Shown one piece after another: positions 1 through 7,800 of a stretch of 20,000 nucleotides of DNA. The translations under genes were made by a program, and so were the position numbers. This DNA comes from an uncultured virus (IMG/VR IMGVR_UViG_3300037846_000120) (taxonomy: Duplodnaviria > Heunggongvirae > Uroviricota > Caudoviricetes), in IMG/VR virus record IMGVR_UViG_3300037846_000120; one strand, 5' to 3'. Position 1 is the first letter of the stretch, and every line of letters starts with the position of its first letter. The notes under the pieces are model-generated. The model did not search any database, was not told the origin of the DNA, and worked only from the letters and a program-made list of their open reading frames with translations.

Positions 1-18
1 CGCTGATGCAATAGCGAC

Positions 19-2895
19 ATGGCTTCGCCCACTGCCAATCCGTTCGATCAATTCGACGGACCGGCTCCCACCAAACAAGACAATCCGTTCGATCAATTCG
101 ACTTTGGATCGTACCCCTCGGTGATCGCGCGCGGCGTTGCGCGCGGCGCAATCGATACGACCGCGACTGCGCTCAAGGGTTTGCCGGTCATCGAGCGCGC
201 GTCCGAGCCAGGCAACCTCAGTTACCTTGAAGGCTCGGGCGGCGGTACGATGTTCGCGCCACCGGAAAATCCGCAGCCGCAAACTCCGATCACCGAGACG
301 GCGCCGTACAAAGCCGGTCAAGCGGTGCGGCAATTTGGCGAACGCCGTGCTCCGATGACGGCGGCCGAGGAGCAAAGCTTCACCGGCAAAGCAAGTCGCA
401 TGGCGGGCGGTGCAGTTCCCTTCGTTGCTGGCGCGCTGCTCGCGCCTGAAGTTGCGCTGCCGGCAGGCGCCACTGTCTTTGCATCGTCATCGGCGGCTTC
501 ATCGTTCGACGATTTCAAAACGCGCGGCGCCAGCGATGAAGACGCGGCGAAGGGCGCCGGCCTTTCCGCGATCGTCGGCGGCGGTCTCGGTGTGCTGCCG
601 CTCGGCGCGATCCTGGCGCCGGTGCGCCGCACGGCGCCTGGCATGGTCGGCTGGGCGCTGACAAAACTTGAGCAGGCGCTGCAATCGGGCGCGACGTTTG
701 GCACGGTCGGCGAAGCGCAGAAGTTTCTTGATGAGGAAATCAAGCGACACTCTGCCAGCGATTATGTTGGCGCTCCGGTTGATGCCTTCGGGTCAACGAC
801 GCCGCAAGGCGTCGAGGCGGCAACGCCGGCCGGCTACACATTCGATCCTAAGAGCTACGCCGCAAGCATCGCTGCCGGCGGCGCGCTCGGTGTGGTGCAT
901 CCGCTCGCAGCTCCGCGCGTCAGCACGCCGGAAGAAATCGCAGCGTTCAACCGCGCCGCATCGGCTGCACCTGGTGCGGAGAAAACATTCAGCCAGACGC
1001 GCGCCGACATCGACGAGTTTTTGCGAACGCGCGCCGAGCGCGAAGCCGCAGCAGCGCGCGACGCCGGACAACTGCAGCTGCCGCCGCCGGCCGAGCCCGG
1101 CGAATCGGCGCCGCAAGCGGCAGCACCACAACCCGAAGCGCCATCAGGCGGTGAAACATTCCCGTCGTTCGAGGAGCCGGGACGCACGTCGCCGGCGGCG
1201 GCGCCAAATCCATTCGATCAGTTCGAGCAGCCGACTGTGGAGATCCCGAGCGCTGCGCCGGCCGAGCCGCAACCGCCGGCGCCCCGCACCGACGTCGGGC
1301 CGCACGTCCTCCAAGCTCTGCTCGATGACCCGCGGTCGGCGGCTGAAATCCGCGGCTCGATCGACGCGAGGAAGGCGGCCGGTGATCAGGGGTCAACCCC
1401 CATCCAAACGGAGGTCAACCCCCAACCGCTGGCCCAAGCCCTTGACCAGACTCCAGATATTAACCACGTTTCACGTGAAACCCCGGGTAGCAGGGACCTT
1501 CCAGTGGCGCTGGAAGGCCCGGAGCACGTCCTGGCGGGCGCCGAGCACACCGCCGAGCCCACGCCCGGCCAAGCCGACGCGGGCAACTACCGCAAGCGCC
1601 ATGTCACCTGGAATGGCCTCGATCTTACCGTCGAGACCGAGGCCGGCATGGAGCGCCGCGGCACCGGAGCGGACGGCCAGCCCTGGTCGGTTACGCTCAC
1701 TTCACCATACGGCTACATCAAAGGGACAAAAGGCCGCGATGGTGAACAAGTTGACGTTTATCTAGGCCCGCAACCGCAATCCCCCCACGTCTTCATCGTC
1801 GATCAGATCGACCCGGCCACCGGCCGGTTCGACGAGCACAAGGCGCTGGTCGGCTTTCCCGACGAAGCGAGCGCTCGAGCTGCGTACCAACAGGCCTTTT
1901 CCGACAACAGCGCCGGAAGCCGTCTAGGCGCCCTGCAGAGCCTCACCGTTGAGGGGTTCAAGGACTGGCTGCGGAAAGGTCAGCGCCGAGAGCCCCTCGC
2001 TTACAGCGACACTGTAGGGGCGGCGCAGCGCATTGCGCGCGAGATCGGGGTGAACGCGACCGCGGCCGAGGTCGAGGAAGCGGCGCGCATCCACAAGGGC
2101 AGCAATGCTGACCTAACCGATGTCCTGGTCGCAGTGATCGAGCGAAACGCCATTGCCGAAGAAGCGGAATCGGCGGACAGTGTCCAACGTCACGAGGCGA
2201 ACGATGGTCGGCAGGTTGAGCCCGCAGCAGAGAATACTTCTGGCGCACAGCTTGCGCCGGCAGGCGAACCAACCGGGCGTCCCGGTGCGCAGGAAGTTGG
2301 AGAAGCGCCGGCTGGCATCGAACCTGGTGAAGCTGAACGCGATCGACGCGCAGCGGGCGAACGCCTAGACCAGCGCAGCGGTTTTTCTCCCAGCCAATTG
2401 AAGACGCTGCTCGACGAGGAGGATGAAAGCCTCGTCGGCATGTGGCATCAGGCCCGCGAGCCGATGCCGCCCGACGCATCGGATCAGCACAGCGCCTATG
2501 TCAGCCGGATCACAAAGGACCTTGATCGGCTCGGCGTGTTGCACGCCGCAACCGAACAGGAAGTTCGCGATCTCTTGATGGACCGCCGGCTCCGCAAGGA
2601 GACGGTGCAGCCGCGTGGCAGTGAAATTCTCGATCTGCAAGCCGAGCCGGAGCGTCCTGCGCTCACAGCGCCCGTCACGCGTGATGCGGCGCCGGCCGAG
2701 CCTGAGATCACGCCGTTGGGCACAACGGCGGCGACGCTGACCAAGCTCATCCCGAAAATCGCAAAAATGTCGGACGCCGATCGCGCCGACGTGCGCCAGC
2801 GCGTCGCGACGATGATGGCCGACATGGAAGCGGAAGGCCGCAAGATCGCGGAGCACTGCGTAGAGACCGGCGGAAAATTCTCCGTCCGAAGATAG
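19..2895 (+). CDS. Probable ejected/internal virion protein (958 aa) with a phage inorganic pyrophosphatase-like (InPase) domain
   Basis: NPFDQF repeats and Ala/Gly-rich hydrophobic N-terminal helices. Segment ~1552-1980 reads PTPGQADAGNYRK..YGYIKGTKGRDGEQVDV..VDQ..FDEHK..GF..A..AY, the pattern of the InPase domain of phage polyvalent proteins. Confidence 0.8.
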   Translation: MASPTANPFDQFDGPAPTKQDNPFDQFDFGSYPSVIARGVARGAIDTTATALKGLPVIERASEPGNLSYLEGSGGGTMFAPPENPQPQTPITETAPYKAGQAVRQFGERRAPMTAAEEQSFTGKASRMAGGAVPFVAGALLAPEVALPAGATVFASSSAASSFDDFKTRGASDEDAAKGAGLSAIVGGGLGVLPLGAILAPVRRTAPGMVGWALTKLEQALQSGATFGTVGEAQKFLDEEIKRHSASDYVGAPVDAFGSTTPQGVEAATPAGYTFDPKSYAASIAAGGALGVVHPLAAPRVSTPEEIAAFNRAASAAPGAEKTFSQTRADIDEFLRTRAEREAAAARDAGQLQLPPPAEPGESAPQAAAPQPEAPSGGETFPSFEEPGRTSPAAAPNPFDQFEQPTVEIPSAAPAEPQPPAPRTDVGPHVLQALLDDPRSAAEIRGSIDARKAAGDQGSTPIQTEVNPQPLAQALDQTPDINHVSRETPGSRDLPVALEGPEHVLAGAEHTAEPTPGQADAGNYRKRHVTWNGLDLTVETEAGMERRGTGADGQPWSVTLTSPYGYIKGTKGRDGEQVDVYLGPQPQSPHVFIVDQIDPATGRFDEHKALVGFPDEASARAAYQQAFSDNSAGSRLGALQSLTVEGFKDWLRKGQRREPLAYSDTVGAAQRIAREIGVNATAAEVEEAARIHKGSNADLTDVLVAVIERNAIAEEAESADSVQRHEANDGRQVEPAAENTSGAQLAPAGEPTGRPGAQEVGEAPAGIEPGEAERDRRAAGERLDQRSGFSPSQLKTLLDEEDESLVGMWHQAREPMPPDASDQHSAYVSRITKDLDRLGVLHAATEQEVRDLLMDRRLRKETVQPRGSEILDLQAEPERPALTAPVTRDAAPAEPEITPLGTTAATLTKLIPKIAKMSDADRADVRQRVATMMADMEAEGRKIAEHCVETGGKFSVRR
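36..102 (+). repeat. 22-bp perfect direct repeat encoding NPFDQFD (36-57, 81-102); degenerate third copy at 1207-1227
   Basis: caatccgttcgatcaattcgac occurs twice; aatccattcgatcagttcgag (NPFDQFE) at 1207. Confidence 0.9.
1468..1481. promoter_or_regulatory. parS-like palindrome GTTTCACGTGAAAC
   Basis: Perfect 14-bp palindrome equal to the core of the chromosomal parS consensus TGTTTCACGTGAAACA; the two outer bases differ (c...c). Confidence 0.7.
2204..2368 (+). CDS. Nested (+1 frame) 54-aa basic protein inside the 958-aa gene
   Basis: GAGG at 2194-2197, 6 nt before ATG 2204. By hand count 49/54 codons end in G/C, against 24/55 in the host frame over the same stretch. Confidence 0.62.
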   Translation: MVGRLSPQQRILLAHSLRRQANQPGVPVRRKLEKRRLASNLVKLNAIDAQRANA

Positions 2896-2914
2896 TCCCC
2901 AAGCCATCAAAACA

Positions 2915-3385
2915 ATGGAGCTGGGAATGGTTCGACGATCACGATTGTCGAGGCTGGATAGCGTTGCCCGATGGACTGGCGATCGCCAACGAAGGCCGCA
3001 CCGCGACAAGCACGATTTCGGCTACGAGCTGGGCGAGCGCATGTTCGTCCGCGGCATGGTGCTGCACGGCAAGGCGGAAGCGGTGAACTGGCGAAGATTT
3101 CTCCTCGACGCCACCAAGGCGCTCGGCATGTCGCCAGTCGCGCGCACCGCATCCTGGAAGTTTCCCCTCCACGGCGCCGGCGGCAACGGCCGCACCATCA
3201 TCCAGCCAATCACAGAATCCTTCCTCGTCATCGATACGTGGCCCGATCACCGCGGCGCGTATCTCCTCATCTGTAGCTGCAAACCCTTCGAGCCGAAGTG
3301 CTTGGAGCCGGTGCTCACGCTCTATTCGCTCCGCCTGGGGCAATCGATCGGTGAGCCCGCCATGCTGGAGCTTGTCGAGCAATGA
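2915..3385 (+). CDS. S-adenosylmethionine decarboxylase (SpeD)-like pyruvoyl-dependent decarboxylase proenzyme, divergent
   Basis: G.T..QPITE|SFLVIDTWPD..GAYLLICSCK aligns by eye with class 1b AdoMetDC (G.T....E|SH..IHTWPE..YA..D..TC). Start may be ATG 2927 (GGAG 6 nt upstream). Stop overlaps the next start (ATGA). Confidence 0.75.
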   Translation: MELGMVRRSRLSRLDSVARWTGDRQRRPHRDKHDFGYELGERMFVRGMVLHGKAEAVNWRRFLLDATKALGMSPVARTASWKFPLHGAGGNGRTIIQPITESFLVIDTWPDHRGAYLLICSCKPFEPKCLEPVLTLYSLRLGQSIGEPAMLELVEQ

Positions 3386-4638
3386 CCGATTACAAGAGCA
3401 AGACCGTTTGCGTTTGGGACAACGGCCTGTTCATCGAGTGCGCAATCACGTTGGCGCGCGATTTCGGCAAGGTGCTCTATTACGTGCCGTGGCAGTCCGG
3501 CTATCCGTCATCGAACATCACGATCATCGGGCGCGGCGTGCCCAATCTCAAACAGATCGAAAATCCCTGGCCGTTCATCGACGAGATCGACCTGTGGGTG
3601 TTTCCCGACGTCTACGAGGGCGCGACCCAGGAATTCCTGGCGTCGCTTGGCAAACGGGTATGGGGCGGCCGGCGCGGTGAGGATTTGGAACTGGATCGCG
3701 CCGGCAGCAAAGAGTACCTCGCATCGCTCGGCATCGACATCGGCAAGTGGTACCTCGTCAACGGTGTCAAGGCGCTGCGCAAGCATCTTGAGCGCCACGA
3801 CGATCAGTGGGTGAAGATTTCCAAGACCCGCGGCGACGGCGAGACCTTCCACTCCGAAAACTACGACCTGGTGAAGCCGCGAATCGACGAGCTTGAATAC
3901 AAGCTCGGCGCCAAGGGCGACATCATGGAGTTCATCGTCGAGGACGCCATCAACGATGCGGTGGAGGTCGGCTACGACGGCTACACCATCGACGGCAAGT
4001 ACGCCAAAAACGCCATGTTCGGCATCGAGATCAAAGATAAGGGTCTGGTGATGAAGACCCTGAAATACGACGCCTTGCCGATCGAAGTAAGCAGCGTCAA
4101 CGACAAGCTCTCGCAGGCGTTCCGCGAATTCGGCTACCGCGGCATGTTCTCCTCCGAACTCCGCATCACGCGCGACCACACGCCCTACATGATCGACCCG
4201 TGCTGCCGCTGCGGCTCGCCGCCATCGGAGTTGATGTGGGAAATGGTCAGCAATTGGGCCGACATCATGTGGGAGGGAGCGCTCGGCACGGTGGTCGAGC
4301 CGGTGTTCACCGCGAAATGGGGCGCCGAGCTGCTCTTGATTTCGGATTGGGGCGACAGGAACTGGCAACCGCTCGAATTCCCGAAGTCGATCCGGCGCAA
4401 CGTCAAACTGCGCTACCTCACCATCATCGACGGCAAGTACTATCAGGTGCCGCAGGCTTCCGCGCATCCGGAGATCGGCGCCGTGGTCGCCACCGGCGAC
4501 ACCATGGAAGCGGCGATCAAGAACGTGACGGAGATCGCCGAGAAGGTGAAGGGCTTTTATGTCGATGTGCACCCGGAGGCGCTCAACGAGGCGACGGAGC
4601 AATTCGACAAGCTCAAAGAGTTTGGGATCAAGGTTTAG
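3382..4638 (+). CDS. PurD (phosphoribosylamine-glycine ligase)-like ATP-grasp amide ligase, 418 aa
   Basis: LELDR..SK..L..LGI, WVK, FIVED.I..VEVG.D, YRG.F..E.RI, IDPCCRCGSPP (cf. PurD EFNxRFGDPE), C-terminal GAVVATGDTMEAA. Strong codon bias. Confidence 0.8.
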   Translation: MTDYKSKTVCVWDNGLFIECAITLARDFGKVLYYVPWQSGYPSSNITIIGRGVPNLKQIENPWPFIDEIDLWVFPDVYEGATQEFLASLGKRVWGGRRGEDLELDRAGSKEYLASLGIDIGKWYLVNGVKALRKHLERHDDQWVKISKTRGDGETFHSENYDLVKPRIDELEYKLGAKGDIMEFIVEDAINDAVEVGYDGYTIDGKYAKNAMFGIEIKDKGLVMKTLKYDALPIEVSSVNDKLSQAFREFGYRGMFSSELRITRDHTPYMIDPCCRCGSPPSELMWEMVSNWADIMWEGALGTVVEPVFTAKWGAELLLISDWGDRNWQPLEFPKSIRRNVKLRYLTIIDGKYYQVPQASAHPEIGAVVATGDTMEAAIKNVTEIAEKVKGFYVDVHPEALNEATEQFDKLKEFGIKV

Positions 4639-4840
4639 CAAAAAATTCCTCTGCCTTTATGCCTGTGACGCGCATAATTTCCTGCTCCGCCTCCCGCCAA
4701 ATTATGTACGCGACCGTCATATCTTGAACGGCCAGATCACAACCAAAAAACACGACGCCTTCGTTCGTCGGCAGTGCCGATGCTGGCCCGGCGACAAGCG
4801 CCGCGCCCAGGCCCAACAGGAAATCCCTTCTATCAACCAT
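4628..4840 (-). CDS. 70-aa protein with a twin-arginine (Tat)-type signal peptide
   Basis: From ATG 4840: MVDRRDFLLGLGAALVAGPASA (RRxFL, hydrophobic core, AxA). It fills the otherwise empty 200-bp gap between two + strand genes. Confidence 0.55.
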   Translation of the reverse strand: MVDRRDFLLGLGAALVAGPASALPTNEGVVFFGCDLAVQDMTVAYIIWREAEQEIMRVTGIKAEEFFAKP

Positions 4841-7800
4841 GATCCGCTGCCCCAACTTCCGCTCCGATAAGGTCCGCGAGGACTTCAACGGCGTTTTGCA
4901 ACGCCTCGGCGGCGTAGCTATGTCCGCAGACGACATTGCGCCGCGGCAACCTTATCTCGCCAAGCTCAACGAAACGCAAATCGCAGCGTATCACACCGCC
5001 CATTACCTGTGGAACGCGCACAAGAAGGTGGGAGACATCCTCGACTTTCTGGATGCGCTCGACGCGGTGAACAATGCGCTGGAAGCGCCGGTCAATGCAC
5101 CGGAGCAGCCATCTGATGCAACAAAGCCGCCCGATCACGCAACAGAGCGGCCCAAAAATGCGCCGATAGCGCCTAAAGATGCACAGGCCCCGGAAACGGG
5201 GCCTTCTTCGTCTGAGGCGGCGCCGCTGTCCAATCTGCCGTCGATCGAGCTTGCGCGCTCGCTGCTTGAGCGGTTGCGCGCTGGCAAGCCGATCACCAGC
5301 AAAATCCTCCAGGAAGAAGCCGGCTTGTCCTATGGCGGCAAGCTCTCGGAAGGCCGCTTCGACCGCAAGGACATGGCGGATGCGCTCGAACTCGCGGTGA
5401 ACATGCACATCGCGCAGGATCCCGCGCTGCGCGTCACGGGCGACGACTGGCGAGGCCCGATCGCCAAGCTCGACGCGCTGTTGTCGAAGCTTCCCACTCA
5501 GCGCGTGCGCTCCGATGAACAGGTCAGCTTTCAGCAATTCTCGACGCCGCCCACCTACGCCGCCGCCGCGACCTATGCCGCCAATCTCCGCGAAGGAGAC
5601 ACATTAATTGAACCTTCGGCGGGAACCGGCTCGATCGTCGCGGCGGCGATGCGGCCGGGCGTCAAGATCATCGCCAATGAATTGTCCGAGCGCCGCACGG
5701 CGCTGTTGCGCGCGCTGATCGGCTCTGACGGCAAAGTGTTCCGCGAGAATGCCGAGCAGCTCAACAACGTGCTGCCCGACGACGTCAAGCCGAACGTCGC
5801 GGTGATGAATCCGCCATTCTCGCAAACCGCCGGCCGCATGGGCGACCGCAAGGTGCCGATGGTGGCGCCCATGCACATCGAGCAAGCGCTCAAGCGGCTC
5901 GAAGATGGCGGGCGCCTCGTCGCCATTGTCGGCCGCGGCATGACCATGGGCCAGCCGGGCTACCGGGCCTGGTGGTCGAAAATCTCCGCCGAATACACCG
6001 TGCGCGCCAATATCGGCGTCGACGGCAAGGTGTACGAGAAATACGGCACCACTTTCGGCACTCGTTTACTCGTCATAGATAAGATTGCGCCATCGGGTGA
6101 TTCGAAGCCCGTTTTGGCAGATGCGCAGACGGTCGAAGACCTGATGCGCTTGTTGGAGCCGATCAGAAATGGGCGCTCAGCGGACAATCAAGGAGAACAG
6201 CGCGTCGGTGAACCTGGCGGCGCGCAGGTGGATCATGCTCGCTCTGAAGCAGATGCCGGACCCGCACTACTTGCACCTCCTCCAACTGGCGGAGTGGGGA
6301 CTGACGAACAAGGCGCAGGGCGACTGGCCTCCGAACGATCAGTACGCGCTGGAAGATCAGATACGGCATCTGTTCGGGTGGAGCGCGGCCAACGTGATGA
6401 GTTGGCTTTTCAGCAATCCGAACGGCCCGGACAAGCCGGAGCAACAGGCGAGCCTGCTAAAGCTGCTGCGGGAGACGGACAAGCCGGAGCGCGCCGCGGC
6501 GCACGTGCTCAACGCGATCTACAGCCGTCAGGTGAGCCAAAATCCGGCCTTGCAGCCGGCGGCGAGCGAGTAGAGCTCGAACACGCCGCGCCCGGCACCC
6601 AGGGCGCTTCCGAGATATCCGACAGCCTCTACGACAATTACAAGCCGCAGCGCGTGCGCGTGGCCGGCGCCAAGCCGCATCCGTCGAAACTGGTGGAATC
6701 GGCCGCGATGGCTTCGGTGTCGCCGCCGACGCCGACTTACAAGCCCAACCTGCCGCGCGCGGTTATAGAGAAAGGTCTGCTGTCGGACGCGCAGCTCGAG
6801 GCGGTGGTCTATGCCGGCGAAGCCCACGGCAAGATGCTGCCGGCGGCCGAAGGCGAGACGGCGAAGCGCAAGGGCTATTTCATCGGCGACGGCACCGGCG
6901 TCGGCAAGGGCCGCGAGATCAGCGGTATTTTCCTCGACAACTGGAACCAAGGCCGCCGCCGCGGCGTGTGGGTGTCCGAGAAAAACACCCTGCTCGAAGA
7001 TGCCAAGCGTGATTGGTCCGGGCTGCAACAAAACCCGAACCTCATCTTTAATATCGGCAAGGTGAAGACCGGCGAGCCGATCCAGACCAAGCAAGGCATC
7101 GGCTTTGTCACCTACGACACTCTCAAGGGCGGCATGTCGGATCAGGCCGCGCTCTCGCGCGGCGAATTTGTGCGCAAGCAGCAAGTCAAGGTGAACGGCC
7201 AGAGCGGCAAGGTCGCAAAATTCGGCAAGACGTCCGGCGGTCAGCCAGGGCAGATCACCGTCAATCTCGACAACGGCTCTACCGTTACCGTGCCGAGCAA
7301 CGAGGTCCAGGCGCTCGAAAAGGCCAACATCAAGTCGCGCGTCGATCAGATTGTCGATTGGCTGGGTGAAGATTTCGACGGCGTTATTGCGCTCGACGAA
7401 TCCCACAACATGGCCAACGCGACCGGCGGCAAGGGCGACCGCGGCAAAAAAGACGCGGCGATGAAGGCGATCGCCGGCATGGAATTGCAGAAGCGCTTGC
7501 CCAATGCGCGCGTCGTCTACGATTCGGCGACCGGCGCCACCGAAGTCTCCAATCTCGCCTATGCCGATCGGCTCGGCTTGTGGGGTAGGGGTACTCCATT
7601 CGCTTCACGAGAAGCCTTCGTGACCCAGGTCGAGGAGGGCGGCATTGCGGCGATGGAGTTGATCGCCCGCGACATGAAGGCGCTCGGCCTCTATACCGCG
7701 CGCAACTTGTCCTACGACGGCGTTGAGTACGATCGGCTTGAGCACAAGCTCGACGAAAATCAGCGTGAGATTTACGACACCCTGGCCGAAGCGTGGCAGC

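Noticed and set aside
668..1765. 365-aa +1-frame ORF within the 958-aa gene
   Set aside because: R/S/P-rich shadow-frame composition; codon bias stays mostly with the main frame, unlike the two accepted nested genes.
2893..3276. Readthrough of the 958-aa stop into ORF 2971-3276
   Set aside because: A second in-frame TAG follows at 2959-2961, and the downstream ORF is an Arg-rich shadow of the SpeD-like gene.
3382..4638. Calling the ligase purD
   Set aside because: Lacks the PurD N-terminal GxGGRE and KAxGLAxGKGV motifs and has no pur context; only fold-level similarity is supported.
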